NCBI GenBank assembly: GCA_965203295.1
Contig: CBDBCZ010000017.1
Coordinates: 2,112,001-2,176,000 of the forward strand
Direction: 5' to 3'
Length of the DNA: 64,000 nt
Source: Nitrospirales bacterium
Lineage (GTDB): Bacteria > Nitrospirota > Nitrospiria > Nitrospirales > UBA8639
A program made the position numbers and the translations under genes. Numbering within the stretch: position 1 is the stretch's first letter; every line of letters starts with the position of its first letter. The notes below the pieces were generated by a model, which worked only from the letters and a program-made list of their open reading frames with translations, did no database searches and was not told where the DNA came from. Of this stretch, positions 12,624 through 26,003 are shown piece after piece.

Positions 12624-13741
12624 CTAAGGTGGGGGAGAGGGAATACGTAATGACCAGGTAATGTGGAAGCATCTAATTACAGCAATGGAGAGAACCAATT
12701 ACTACTGAGTGATGTGAAGCAGAGTGAGGTCAGTACTTGGGCTCAGATCTCTCTTAGCAATCTGTAGGGTCACCATTCTACACATATGCACTGGGTTCCA
12801 CATATCCAACAAAAGCCACGAGTGCACATGCAAGTCAAGACATTCTGATGACTAGCCGACAGCAAGGTAGAACTTGAAAAAGAGAGGACAGCAGAAGATA
12901 CTACCGCTGCTATGGTACTTGCTAGGCCACAGTGTAAGTACCAGGAGTCCCCAGAGGCTGACTGAGACCAGGCTCCAACGAGGGAGAGAGGTCAGGCACC
13001 ACTGGACTTATCCTGAAGGATTGTCTGCCTCAGTCAACAGTCTTCCCGTTGTGCCGATTTAGTCGGTCTGTGCTCAACGAATACTGTTTTTCAAATAGTG
13101 TGTGGGAGATGAACAGCCCTCAGTTGCATCGTTTCAATTAGGGCGTGGGCATGTAAGTACTGTTGCATGGGCATAAAAGTCTAATATCCTACATCATGGC
13201 ACGTGATAAGTGGTACCAGGCCTTCCCCCTCGCTTTTTCATCATTGCTGCAAGATAAAAGCTGGGGTAGGAAGGACTGGAAATGAGGGTACTACATTAAT
13301 ACATGTGATTCTGCAGGCGCCTATGGGGGCTGTAGCTCTGGTGTGCATTCTACAGTGAATTCCTAGTTATTACACCACACTCATGCGCTGTGGGTTAGTT
13401 AAGCAGTTGGTTCATCTGTCATCAAATGTATTAGGAAAATTAGGAAATCATTTTTATGTCAGGGTAATGCTGGCTACTAAGTCAAAGCCTAGCATCTTTC
13501 ATAACCCTGGAGTTAAGTTTCAAAGTCCAGGCCTGTTTTCACTTTGCCACTGACTTTCCTTTAGCCAGAATGGTCTGTGACATTGCATGGTCCTGCCACT
13601 CTTAGTGAAGCTACGCATATAACAGTGCATGTGGTAACCTCGTTCCCGCCTCCACTGCCAATGTTATTGCATGTTAGCAGTGGTGACAGGGGAACGGAGA
13701 GACTAGTCCCTGGGCTCTATTATGAGATACACTATTACGTT

Positions 13742-13815
13742 AGCCCATACCAGTATTGCATGAGCTCCCAAAAATTAATTCTTTCCATCCACCATGGAAG
13801 CAAAGTGTATTACAG
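13742..13815 (-). ncRNA. Sm-site small RNA gene, type B
   Basis: Sm site 13768-13776, 3' stem AGCUCAUGC/GUAUGGGCU, internal UUCCAU/AUGGAA hairpin before the Sm site. TATAAAA 13838-13844, PSE-like 13863-13875. The TATA-to-body spacer is shorter than in other type B copies, so the 5' end is uncertain. Confidence 0.62.
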
Positions 13816-13979
13816 AACGCTATACTACCCTCTCTGCTTTTATAGCCCCACTGTGAGCAGGTGACTTGTGGGTTTGATACAAGCAAAGACATTCATTCAC
13901 CCAGAATGTAATTATGGTTACAGCTCAGTCTCAGAGCACATGATATAGAAAGTGTAGTTTTGAATGCTGGGCCAATCAT

Positions 13980-14500
13980 GGGGTACGGTAGTACTCCATA
14001 TGTAGGGATGGCATGAGAAAAAAATGGCGGCACCATATAACGCGTACAAAATCATACGTTCAGAACTCGGCTGTAATTACAGGTATTTTATGAGCCATTT
14101 CATGACATCTCGAGTGATTCCATCAGCAACAAGACTGTTAGTGTTGCTTGAAAGCTTCATTGGAGTACCAGACCGGCAAGTCAACATACTGGGGGGGAGG
14201 GGGCCTAATGGTATAATTCTTTCTTCTTCTTCGGCTAGGCTAGCGCAATAATGGCTGAAGCGATCACAATGATTCAAGCGTGAACAAGCTGGATATTCCC
14301 TGAGGTATTGCACTCAAAGAAATCGAATAGGTTCAGCAGCATTAAATTTACGAGTCCTCTCGATTGGAGGCTTGCCGTTCCACGCCATTTAATGACTACT
14401 GTTCTGTCCCGTTCTGGGTTTTAGAAATTTGTATTATGCATATGAAAATTTACGTGTTTGTCTATTAAACGCCTACCTTTGACCGTGCCAGCTGTCCGGG
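13980..14500. mobile_element. Dispersed repeat with a terminal GGAGTAC/GTACTCC hairpin (related copies about 15085-15360 and, inverted, about 59300-59772)
   Basis: Shared GTACTCCATATGTAGGGATGG...GTTCAGAACTC block in three copies. Confidence 0.5.
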
Positions 14501-16014
14501 TCACCCCTACTCCCAAATTAATTTTGGTTACAGCTCAGTCTCAGGGCACAAGATATAGAAAGTGTTCTGTCCCGTTCTGGGTTTTAGAAATTTGCATTAT
14601 CAAAATTCCAAAGGCTTAGCTACCACCTCAATCAGCAGCGATGAACCAGGAGGTGCAGCTCAGGCCAGGCACCTCCTGGTTCATCACTGCATAAGTCACA
14701 AACTAGACTACATTTAACACACACATGGCTGATTATATGTTGCTAAAACGGATTCTGGCCAGAGGTACTGTTTAAGAGTAGTATGATAGCTAATTTAGTG
14801 AGGGGGCCCCGTGTCCGTCCAAACGATGGAGTTGTCTGGACATCCGGCAAATCTACCTCGTTCTCTGGGCCTTTCTGGGCCTTTCTGTCTGCCTTTGTTA
14901 TACCGTGAGCCGCTGTTGTTCACTTGCTATGAAAAGCCTTTGAAATGAGGTGTATCGCATTTGGACAACCCTTACCGTCCGAACACCCCTCACTCTACTG
15001 GAGGGGGGAGGCAGCTATTCGTCTTTGTGACACTAGAAACTGCAATATATCTTTGTCCTTGGTGATAATTTAAAGTTCAATATCATGGAGTACTGTACTA
15101 CTCCATGCATGTGTAGGGGTGACCCTGAAAAAATGGCCTCCCCATTAAATGTGTACAAAATGACATGTTTAGAACTCTGCTGTACATTCCAATTCGGACG
15201 GGTATGATTGACCCTCGGGTAGTGCCTTTTGGGCGTAGCGTTTTCAAAGAACTCGAATTAGTTCAGCAGTATTAACGAGCACTCTCGAGTGGACGCTTGC
15301 CACCCACACGCCATTTTATGGTAGGATACGCATGCACAGACTGCCTGCACTTGTTGGTCTATTTAAAACCTACAAGTTCAAAATTGTATCTCGGCTAGTG
15401 ACTACCCTCCCCTGGGCCTCGGGGGGGGGGGGGGGGGGCAAGGCACATGTTCACTTCATGCATAAACAAACCTCAAGTCACCTACAATGCAAATAACTGC
15501 CACCATATGCAAATAAAGCACGCGAGGCGTATTTCACATGCGTATTCCTAGATATAATATCTGATTCAGGACAGCTGCAGTCAGCAGAGCTATAGAGTAG
15601 AACTCCTCCAAATCAGGAGTCCCGGGCTCGGACAGGACTGATGTACTTATACTGCTAGTGCTAGGGGATGCTTCGATATAACATACCAAAGTCGCTTGGT
15701 CTCTACAAAACATAGCTAGCTCGTGCAATCTCACTTTCTAGCTTCAATCAAACTTGCTCATGCTCTCCCAAAATGCCCTGCATTCACCTAGTATTATACC
15801 GCCAAGGTTAGATAACATCACAATTAGAGTCAATGGCATCAGTAGGTTGGATCTGTCTTTAGTGCTTTTACCATGGGAGGCTTGCTGCACACCAAGGCTG
15901 TTTGTAGCCAGTACAAAACAAAAGAGCTGATATATATGGCAATATACACACCCTGTAGCACTGTGTGCCCCCCCCCCAACACTGGAACAGTACATTCACA
16001 TTTCAGTGAGCTAT

Positions 16015-16091
16015 AGGCTGCTTCATTAGGCCTCCCAAAAATTGTAAGCAAAAATTGTAACTAAAAAAACACCTTTAAGATAAAGAGCAAT
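16015..16091 (-). ncRNA. Sm-site small RNA gene, type A
   Basis: AUUGCUCUUUAUCUUAAAGGUG...; Sm site 16035-16043 with a locally duplicated second ACAAUUUUUG; AGGC/GCCU 3' stem. TATA 16116-16122, PSE-like 16140-16152. Confidence 0.65.
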
Positions 16092-16384
16092 CAAAGACTG
16101 CGTGCATTTCCCTCCTTATAAAGGCAGCATTGCTCAATACACTTGTGGGTTTGCCAGTAATTAGTAATTAAGGTGCATGAATACTGTTATATCTGTCCAG
16201 TCTGAAATACTAGTGCTGCTTCTTCTCTTGAAAAGCTATGTATACAACAGTGGTAGCCTCGTTCCCAGTCTCCACTGTCAATGTTTTTGCATGTTGGCAG
16301 TACTAGTGGTAACAAGGCTTTAAAAGTGGCTCTGTAGAGAGAATGGAGATTCCAGTCCCTGGGCTGCAAGACCAGTACTAGATA

Positions 16385-16470
16385 AATCCATACCGGTATG
16401 GGCTCCCAAAAATAAGTCCTTTGCCTACCATGCAAATGGCAAGGGTAGCTGATTACTATGGATTCTACCT
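16385..16470 (-). ncRNA. Sm-site small RNA gene, type B
   Basis: UAUUUUUGG Sm site at about 16406-16414, internal CCUUGCC/GGCAAAGG stem, 3' CCAUAC/GUAUGG stem. TATA 16492-16497, PSE-like 16516-16528, CACCCAGAATG element at 16551. Confidence 0.65.
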
Positions 16471-16491
16471 CACCCTCTCCTTAGAGCTTTC

Positions 16492-16600
16492 TTTATAGTT
16501 CCACTGTGGGCAAGTCACTTGTGGGTTTGGTACAAATACAGATATTCATTCACCCAGAATGTAGGTATGGTTACAGCCCAGTCTCAGGGCCCAGATGTAG
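16492..16600 (-). promoter_or_regulatory. Representative type B snRNA-like promoter (SPH/Staf-like element + PSE-like + TATA)
   Basis: Same AAACCCACAAGT and TATA spacing as type A but an unrelated spacer. Plus-strand ACCCAGAATG(C/T)A resembles the ZNF143/Staf SPH consensus CCCANNATGC of snRNA promoters. Confidence 0.55.
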
Positions 16601-16991
16601 AGTGCAGTTTTGAACGCAAGCCCAATAGTACTCACCTAGCCTGACACAATACAGTATGACAAGAATTTGGCCACAAATATCAATTAAGCTATTAATTGAG
16701 GGTGGCCACTATTTTGTTCAGCACTTCCAGAGGTGCGGCTTCAAATCGAGTGTGACTACTAGTCAAGGGCGCTGTCTATTCGTGGACATACGGTATACTG
16801 CCACGTCTGTTTGGCCAGGAAAGTTTTATACTACTCTTTAGATTCTGAGCACTGTACATCAGCCTGAGGATCAAATATGCTGTCAATTTGCCTGACAACT
16901 CGCTGCTACACTACTCAGGCTTATAATGAGACTAATGAGACCCTGGTTACCAAAGGCCCACCCTGGTGACCCCCTCTACCAAGACACTAAC

Positions 16992-17125
16992 CAGTTCAGC
17001 ATAATCTCAGGTGCCCTCCAGTAGCGTGTTGTGACGTGGCCGGTCATGATCTCAGCTGACGCTCGAGCCAGGACAAAGTTGAGGACTTTGATTTCACTCA
17101 CTCCGGTGTTGCTGAGCTTCAGAGC
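16992..17125 (-). pseudogene. p38 MAPK activation-loop exon remnant
   Basis: cag|[45 protein letters not shown]|gttagt aligns to p38 DLKPSN...LDFGLAR...[19 protein letters not shown]. The catalytic D and the DFG and TGY motifs are mutated. Confidence 0.85.
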
Positions 17126-18023
17126 CTGAGATTGGAAACAAGATGGTGTGGTAATGTAATACTTCCCAACTCATCAAGCAAAGCACCTTGGCCTACATGT
17201 AAGATTAGAATTGAGGTTGCATCGTGGATCCACGCACTGCTAAAGAACAGCTGCAATACCTTTAGGTGTAAAACTGGGTGTTTGGTGAGCATTTGTTATT
17301 GAATTCCTGCCAGGCCTCCCCCACAAGAAAAGAACAACAACCCCCAAAAAATGGCTCAGCACTTTTCCCAGTTACATTTGTTCACTTGTGTGGGAAAACA
17401 AGGTTAGTAGCTAGGGAATGTGAAGTGTGGGGGTTGGAAAATTGTCCGAAAATGTAGGGATGGTAATCTGTGATAACCTTGTGGTACTTCCTTGGTTGTT
17501 TTTTTTGGGATTCCATCATTACATGTTCTTTCAGGTTTTCTATAACCTGTTTCTGTTCTTTTTTGAGGGAGAGAAGAGTATGGATGGTTGTGTTGATGGC
17601 AATTGTAATGTTCCAGAGTTGCGTATCTGTGAATTCTGTCTATTTCCTATAGAAGATGTATCAGGTGGGCAAACCTTTGCCCCCTCAGTAGTGTAGAACT
17701 ACTTTCTGATGAATTTGTGGTATATTCACCACGTAGGACATGCGCACACACACATGCATAAAATTTCAATCATCACAACACGGCCTCGCTTACACTTGCC
17801 CTGAAAACCTTCAGCCTTCACTTATCAAGAATATTGTTCTGGTATCAGTTGTAGGTATACCACATTCAAACACAATACAATAATGGCACTTTACCGAGGG
17901 AGGTTTGATGCACTCTAATTACGCAATGCAAAGCTATGAGTACTTGAAGACAAGTTGGGCATGAAAAATACAGCACTGTGCGCACCAATCATCACGGTAC
18001 ATTCACATTTCAGAGAGCTATAT

Positions 18024-18089
18024 AGGCCTCCTTGGTTAGTAGGCCTCCCAAAAATTGTACTGATCTCCAACTAGTAGATTGGCAACACT
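18024..18089 (-). ncRNA. Sm-site small RNA gene, type A
   Basis: AGUGUUGCCAAUCUACUAGUUGGAGAUCAGUAC-AAUUUUUGG-GAGGCCU-ACUAACCAAGG-AGGCCU. TATA 18111-18117, PSE-like 18135-18147. Confidence 0.7.
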
Positions 18090-19593
18090 GAAGGGCCTGT
18101 AGCCCTCTCCTTATAAAGGCAGAACAGTTCAAACCACTTGTGGGTTTGTCAATATTAGCAATTAGGCAGCATGAATAGGTTTATGTCTGAGATATAGTGC
18201 TCAGAGTCTGCAGGCACTGCCTAGCTACTTTAAAAGTAAGGCTCTGGACTGACAATAAGGTACTGGTCTGCCAAATCCTCCATAGACTGCCATACTTAGT
18301 GGTCATGATTATTTGACGCCACAGAGATGCTGTAACCGTAGGGACTTTCCCTTACTAGAATCCATAATCATGCAGTTTACACCAAGCTACAGCCTGTTTT
18401 GCCATTTTTTTGGTATGAGTGTAGACATGGTGGCTTCAGAGTGTCTGTTCAAAGAGTACATGCATGTAAAGGACAGCGCGAACGGGAAAAGAACGTACCG
18501 CCGTGCTTTCTAGGCAGCTGAACAGCGGGAAGGTTTGTATTTTGGTAGCGTATGCCACCTAAAGCAGACCGATGTTGAGTGTCAGTGATGGAGAACAGGT
18601 TCTGCTAAAAGAAGGTATACCGTTATTCTATAGAAGACACCACTGAGAAGACAGATGCTAGAGGAGAACCTATCAGAGGGGCACTCTAGCAGAGACTGTT
18701 GGAAAGAGATGCCAGGCTGCAGCAGATGAGCAGTCTGGAGGGAGAGAATTGACATAGCCAGTTGCACATGTATGCAAGCATCTCTCTCTTATGTAGCGGT
18801 TCTGAGGTGCACAAATTCCATGCACACTTGGCTACATTGAGATACGTCATGTTCAGAAGTACTCACTGATCTGCACCTATATCCTGAGGGTATGCTGAAT
18901 TGGCCAATTTCAATGGCAAGAACTAATCCTCTACCGGCGTCAATGTGCCACTCACTACAGCTTGCCACGACTGCCCAATGAGCTGAAGTGCATACAGTTG
19001 CGAGCAGATGCCCTGGAACAGAGACCGTGTTCATACAGAACAGACAAACTGGAACTGATTCTGAAGAATTCACGCATCACTAGCATGTTTGTTTAGTAAT
19101 GAAATGCTACACTAGCTGTAATACTTGGCAGTTGCGTGTGAGTGGCTCAAGTCGGCTACACTGTCTGGTTGTGCAACTCGGCAAAGCTACAGTAGGTTGT
19201 CCGGTTCTGTAATGGAGTTTTATCACCCAGTTGTGCAACTGTGTAACTCCAGTTACACAACCGGACAATTCTAGTATTGTCCGGTTGTACAACCGGACAA
19301 CTTTAGCGCTACTCGGTTACGCAACGGGGCAATCCCATTGCCTAACCGGATGGCACTTTCTGCAGGGGTGTGCATCGGCCATAAGCATGCTACATCTGTT
19401 CCAATACTGTCACCACATGCAGTGTAGCTACTGGCATACATCTGTTTTCTCAAAAGTGTGCAATCTTAAAGTAGCAAATCTGTAGGCTAGCGTCAAACAT
19501 GTCCAAAAAGACATGATTGGACATGGGTACAGCATCCACCACTGAATACTTGCCAGAACTGGATAACATGTTACTATATCCTGTACATGTATA

Positions 19594-19670
19594 AAGCCCA
19601 TACAAGAATGGGCTCCCAAAAATTCTTTTCCCTATGGGGAAAGTCACCCACAATTTGCTGCTGTCAACCT
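19594..19670 (-). ncRNA. Sm-site small RNA gene, type B
   Basis: AGGUUGACAGCAGCAAAUUGUGGGUGAC-UUUCCC(CAUA)GGGAAA-AG-AAUUUUUGG-GAGCCCAU(UCUUGU)AUGGGCUU. TATAAAA 19691-19697, PSE-like 19716-19728. Confidence 0.7.
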
Positions 19671-19809
19671 TACCCACCTGTCAGAGCTGCTTTTATAGCC
19701 CCTCTGTGAGCAAGTCACTTATGGGTTTTGTAGGAATACTGATATTCATTAATTCACCCAAGATGTAATTACTGTCTATGATCACTGTTCACTCTCAGGG
19801 CCATTAGTG

Positions 19810-20390
19810 TAGCCTTCTACCCAGGCCTTCCCTCACAGCTTTTTTCGCAGCCGTGGCAAAAAGCGTGGTCAAGGCCTGGAAGTAAACACCACGTGATGCG
19901 TGCCATCGTCTTCGCCACTACAAGGGTTCACGGCTTCATTTGCACTCATGACGTTTTTCAAGTGGCGCTCTCCCGAGACTCTAGCAACACTGTGTTCGGG
20001 AGACTCTCACTACTGTATAGTTGGTGAGCCGAACGGGTCATGATAGTAGAGAATCCCAAGAAATGCAAGCGTCAACCGCTGGCAAAAAAGTTTACGCTGC
20101 TCGAGTTGGTATGCCAAGGACTGTTGTGCCGATTAAATGTGGCTGTCTGTGCATCTAGCTCTCAAGCGAGTGTAGTATATAGTCTCCAGCTTCGCTTTCC
20201 TGTTGCTCTTTTAACTTTGAAGGTTACTATAAATCGTCACGTGTATTTCTGTCAATGTCACTTCATTCCTTCGCGTTGCAGCTGATGTAAGCGGTGGCAC
20301 GCCTCACGTGACGTTTACTTCCAGGCCTTACCCACGCTTCTTGCCACGGCTGCGAAAGAAGCCATGAGGAAAGGCCCGGGTACGAGGCTA
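19810..20390. mobile_element. MITE, TAGCCTCG family
   Basis: Long imperfect TIRs of about 100 bp, with a near-duplicated target CCA(T/A)TAGT. Confidence 0.7.
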
Positions 20391-21493
20391 CCAATAGTCT
20401 GGGCAGATACTGTGGCAATGTAGGGAGTCCATCGTACATTTATCAATGTTAGGTCAATAAAATTTGATAGCACATGCCAGGCCTGACATGTACAGCAATA
20501 GGTACAAGGTTATCGTTAGACAAAATTGGCACACCAAGAGTAGAAAGGTAGTAGGAGGTACTTGTAGAGCATGGGCGAGCACAGTTGCAATTCTCAGACG
20601 AGTGAAGGGTGAAGGTAGCGAATGTACACTTCTTGTAGGTAATCTTTACAACCCAAATGTGCCACAGACTCTCTGCTGAAACAAAGCCTCCGGAAGAATG
20701 TAGCCGTCCTCTAAATTGGACCCTACCACACGTAATGACGTAAGAAGATAACGGGACTTCATATAGCAGGCCCTTCACTTTACCTTTGTGCAAGTGGGGG
20801 CCTGGGAACGAATCCCAGCCAAGTTTTTATACATCCATAAGGCTTATGTGAATTTATATTGGCCTTTTTATATTAGGCGTTAATGTAAAGTACATGTATT
20901 TTTTATTTTATATGGGCACATAAATGTGGCGTTCAAAGACCACAGCTCCAAGGGCTGTGGTTTAATTTGTTCGTAGCATGTCTAAACGGCTGTCTGAGTG
21001 AGCAATAAGAGCGGTCGGCACCGCAAGTTACTCCACCTCTGTCTGTAGTTTGTAGAGAGTCATACTGCCAGCCTAGTCTCGCGAGACTAACTGCCAGCTC
21101 TTGTGGCTACGCAAGAGCTAGATCGGTGTACTGTTGTAGCTACTAGCTGGCTTTCATATTGAATAGAGTTGCTAGTTTGTGATAATACAGAAGATTTTGA
21201 GTTGTTAAAACCGTTTTGTCATGCTTACCGTTTGACCATTACGTACCTCCCGGTAAATATCTACAGAGCTCTAGAGAGCCTAGCCAGCTCTAGTTGGTCA
21301 AGCTAACTGAATTCTAGGCGTTTTAGAAGCTTGCTTGCCATACTCTTTGAACCGCTGTTGGTAGCTCCGGTGCAATATATATATATATATATATCACCGG
21401 AACCAGTGCAATATGGAATATATTGCACTGTTGGTCCCTTTGATACACCTACGCAACATGCTACATGTCAGGAGCAATGGCTACTGCAGGGCC

Positions 21494-21533
21494 CTCCTTA
21501 CAGAGGCAGCACTTGCTCAAAACACTTGCTGGC
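21494..21533 (-). promoter_or_regulatory. Orphan, decayed type A promoter
   Basis: Matches the type A TATA/PSE block with mismatches. No Sm site downstream. Confidence 0.4.
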
Positions 21534-22066
21534 CTTAAAAAGTCAATTAACAATTTCAAAAAGGGCTAACCATTTCAAAGCAGGAGGTTATTATAGGGAG
21601 TGATTTAGTAAGTGGTTCTCAGTAACTGAAGGGTGATTGGAAAAAAGCTGACATTGCTTTGCTGTGAGTAGGTTGCAAATTTGTAAGGCCTGGCTTGATG
21701 ATTATGGGCGAAAATGAGCTTATTGGGGTGGTCAGGTGGTTAGAGGTGATCTGGGCTGAAAAGCTGGGTCTGACGCATTCCCGTGAGAAGCCACAATGTT
21801 TTTAGCCTGTCTTCTGTAGTTAAAATAAATTGGGCTTTTGTGGATTATTTAGCAGAGAGTGTGGATATATACACACTTTTAGTCAATTTAGTGTACACTT
21901 TCATGTTGACATCCATTTGATTACATGTACGTAGCCTGAGGAGTGCTGCCAACTCCCTACACAACTCACTGCTACACTACTCACAACTTGCAGGCTTATA
22001 ATGAGACTAATGAGACCCTGGTTACCAAAGGCCCACCCTGGTGACCCCCTCTACCAAGACACTAAC

Positions 22067-22175
22067 CATAGCACTTCCGGTTCAGCAGTTCAGGGTGCCT
22101 TCCAGTAGCCTGTTGTGATGTAGCCAGTCACAGCTCAGCAGACTCTCCCACCAGGGTGCTGTTGGGCTTCACATC
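22067..22175 (-). pseudogene. p38 MAPK exon remnant
   Basis: cag|DVKPNS...VTGYITTGYWKAP with frameshifts. Same intron flanks as the 16992 and 31929 copies. Confidence 0.75.
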
Positions 22176-24701
22176 CTGAGACAAGGAGAGGAAGCTTAGT
22201 AGATATTTTTCCATCTCAAACAAGACTACTGAGGTTGCCACCATGTAGAGCAATTAGCTACACATACTGTAGGTACAGAGTTTTCTAAGAATGCTTGCAA
22301 CAAGGACTAGCAAACCACAAATTGAAACGTAGCTAAACTAATTGGGGCGAGCCTGAGCGAGCCCCACACTAGCGAGTTGACTCTGCATTTCTGTCCGTAT
22401 TATTATCATCATTATGGTACGTAAGTCGTGCCGGAACTATGCACAATGTTCTATATTTGCGCCCTTGGTATAAATTTCTTTAACCACGTGCACGTGCGTA
22501 TACGAGGCTTCAGTGACAGCATGAACGGGAGAGGAACCGCTGTGTTTTGCAAACCAACAGAAGACCGGCATTGTTAGCTAGCTAATTAGCATATCAGTAG
22601 CCATTAGACATGGGCAATATGACCTGTCATCAATCTGCCCCAGGATATTACCTCTTTTGTCGCTAGCTTGCCATGACTGCCCAGCGAGCTTGATATCATA
22701 GTTAAAAGAAAGGAAAGAGCCTTTATTTTTGACTTCCATGCTTGTGAAAAGAGCCATCGTGCTTAATAGTGTTCTATAGGCCTAGTGCTTGCTGGCACTA
22801 CACTGATGCTCCTGCTCTACTACAAGAGGACGGACCTCATCACTGAGCAGAGACCATAGAACACACTGACAGGAATGCACTTCAGAGCATTCTCCAAATT
22901 TTTCATTCCTCAAGTTACTCACTCAGTCTGTCACTGCACAGACTCTGAAAAATTTGTACGTCCTCATTGTCATCACATGCTTCGCGAAGGCTCGCCCCAC
23001 TATGCCCTGCATATCACTAGTATTACACTCTAGATGAAAGCCTCGTTACCAAGCAGGGCAGGCTTTGTGGGTTTCTACCCTACACAGTCTGCTGCAAGCT
23101 TTTGTAAACCTCTGTAACCTTAGCGTTGTTCCCAGAATCCCAGCCAGACTTTTCCCCGACGAGCAAGGACGAACAAAAACAACAACAAAAAAAAACGGCT
23201 CGCCGTTTTAGTTATTTGCTCGTGCGGCCGCCGGCCGGGGAAACAAGATTGATAGAAACTTTGCAGCGTTTCTCATGCGAGACCCTCGAACCACTTCCTA
23301 CCTGGGTCATTCCCAGAGCGGTCTGGCACTGCAGTAACCCTCCCCTGCTCCTACTCAAACATTCTCCACTGTACATATACATGTAGCGAGCGGCGCCGTA
23401 TACAATATCCACCTGTTCGCGAAAATACAAGCGATTATCGTGCGACGTCAGTGCACAGCGGATCATATCCAGAACAAATGTGCCTCAAGCGAGTCCTGAC
23501 GAAGTTGACAGCTATACATAGCCAAGCCATTTTAAATAATTGCACGAGAACAAACTGTTTTGTTCACATACAGCCTCGAATTGAATGTAAGGAAAGGGCT
23601 GGAATCAGCCAGCAAGACACAAACTAAAGTGATTACATGCACAGGCAAAGTAGTCTTACTGAAAGCATGCATGAACCATGACTGCACAGTTATACAGTCC
23701 AATTGCAAAAAGGAATAAATTCTCTGGACCGCTGGCTGATATGCTAAAGAGGGTGCGCGTGTGTAGCTGTAATCTAATCACTTATTATGAGCATGCACTG
23801 ACTGCATTGTCCCCTTTCATACAGTCTCCATTGAAGACCCCGGCCCACAGAATTTGAAGGTCAGCCTATACAGTACCAAAAGATGCCTTTTCAGCGTTGG
23901 CAAAAGTACGACTTAGTCCATGCAGCCTTTATCTTTCCACCATGCACTAGTAGAATAAGATGACAGTCCTTGATTTAATTATACGGTCACTGTATGATGC
24001 ATTGGTGGTGAGTCCAGCTGGAAGGATGGGAAGCCCTATCCCAAGAAGCGGGTTGGGTTCCCCAAGTTTTAGTGTAAAAGGGAAAAATGATCTCGATATT
24101 AAAACAACAGTACCTGAACTTGACATAAATAAGGCACTTTTTGACTCATTATAACAAGTATATAACTACAATCGGACATGCAATAAGAATGCATGGGTTT
24201 TGTGAAATGAAACCATGTTTGTATGCGTTTAGGATATAATAGTCAGCAAATAATTAATAATGCATGAGGTGAGTATAACAAACTATACAAATTCAAGGTG
24301 GCTATAGCTATAAATTTACAAATCAGGAAATTCATAATTTTCAGGAATAACAGGCGGGAGAGTTCCACCGGGATGATCCGTCGATTCACAGGTCTTCAGG
24401 CTCATCTGGCAGATCTATTGGTATCTCTGGAAACGTTGTTGGGTGTGTATCAAGCGGATGAACAGCATCCTCAGTGGTAATCTCAACCCATTTATCACTG
24501 GATTCTTCGGCAATAATTCTGTTTCGCATGTTACAGCTGCTAACAAATCGGATATTTATCCGTCGGCAAGTGGCAGAGGTTCTCCAGAGGCTTACCACCT
24601 ACGACCTAAAGTGACAGACATTGATGTCAACCATTATTGAATGTGATCCGCGATCATGCATAAGCCACGTGACACTGTCTATGCAGAAGTACGCGTACAC
24701 A

Positions 24702-25009
24702 TATTGTATAGCTCTTAAATTTTGTGGGTCTTTAATGTCACGAATTTCGCGAATTTTGAACGATTCGCAAAATTATTTCAACGAAAATTTTTACACATCC
24801 ACATAGATAGTAGAGTGCATTACTCTATTATCTAAGGTTATTTCAGTATCTATGGTTATTTTGTTACTCAGGAACGCTCCACCAATAAATTCCTTAGTGC
24901 GCGGGGTGTGGTGTATTTAAGAGCAAATTCGCGAAATTATTTCAACGAAACGTTAAAAAACGGTCATTCGCGAATTTTTAGACCCGCTAAATTTAAGCGC
25001 TATACAGTA
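24702..25009. mobile_element. MITE ending AAATTTAAGCGCTATACAGTA (relatives at 39613-40149 and about 59770-60305)
   Basis: Inverted termini with TA ends and multiple homologous copies. Confidence 0.65.
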
Positions 25010-25285
25010 CATAGCTGGGAGATTTGTGTGACTGGTATTTCACTTCTGGAGATTACTTCGGCTGTTTGAGCTAATACTTCTGATACTATGCAGCATGTGG
25101 GCAGTACTGATTCGTAAAGACTTCATGAGAGCCATTCCTAACCCCTTAAAAAGCGTAATTAAAAAATTTCTACGCTTCGCGCAGGGGCCTGCTACATAAC
25201 ACACTCTCGACGCTCTGTTTGTCAGCCGGACCGATGCAAAAGTGCTTACGGCGCCCCTGCTAATACCTACAGCTAGCAGCTCCCG

Positions 25286-25363
25286 CCTTATATAGGCAGC
25301 ACTTGTTTAAAATGCTTGTGGTTTTGTAAAGTTTGGATATTAGCAATTAAGGTGTGTGAATAC
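25286..25363 (-). promoter_or_regulatory. Orphan type A promoter
   Basis: TATA, PSE-like and upstream elements recognisable. The RNA body is replaced by other repeat sequence. Confidence 0.45.
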
Positions 25364-25756
25364 CACTACATTGTACCACAGCCATGGTACAGGGAGGCTG
25401 CAGTTCCTGTTTTGGTCATAAAGCATCTAGATCTCACAGAGACTCACATGCAAGCATCCAATTGTACAGCCCTTACATACGTTAACGTAGCCTGTAGCTG
25501 TATGGAATGCTCTATGTACAGTATAAAGGTGAACCTCATACCGAGGCCTTTCACTACATACTGTGTCTGAAAGTAAACTAACTGACGTACAAAACCATGA
25601 CCAGTCAGCTAGCAGGATCCTTGACCATGTGAGCTCATTGGTCAGTTCAAAACTAATTTCGTACCAGTTCTGCTAGACCCTCCCTCTCTTTCCTTTTCCT
25701 TTCCTTGACTTTTCAGGGAGGAAAGGTGTACTGAGATAGACTAAGGGTTCCCTAAC

Positions 25757-25873
25757 CTTTCTGATCACTGTGTATCCAGTTCAGTATGATCTCAGGTGTC
25801 CTTCAGTAGTTGTCAGTCATGATCCCAGCCGATGGTCCTGCCGAAGTCGATGAGTCACTCCTGGCTTTAGGTC
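25757..25873 (-). pseudogene. p38 MAPK exon remnant (second lineage)
   Basis: ttcag|DLKPGV..IDFG..RPSAGIMTDNY*RTPEIILNWIHSDQK|gttagg, with frameshifts and a stop. Confidence 0.8.
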
Positions 25874-26003
25874 CTGAAAGGGGAGGGGTGGAAAGCTGCC
25901 CTTGCGACATATTCCCCAAAACCGCCTCCACAGCAGGTAGTATAAATATACCCCTCCTGGACATAATCCTGGGAGACAACAAAGCTTTCTCATTCGGGTG
26001 CAC

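Noticed and set aside
16992..17125. Functional p38 gene, or a mutually exclusive exon array
   Set aside because: Every copy has frameshifts, stops, truncations or mutated catalytic motifs, and the N- and C-terminal kinase exons were not found in the window.
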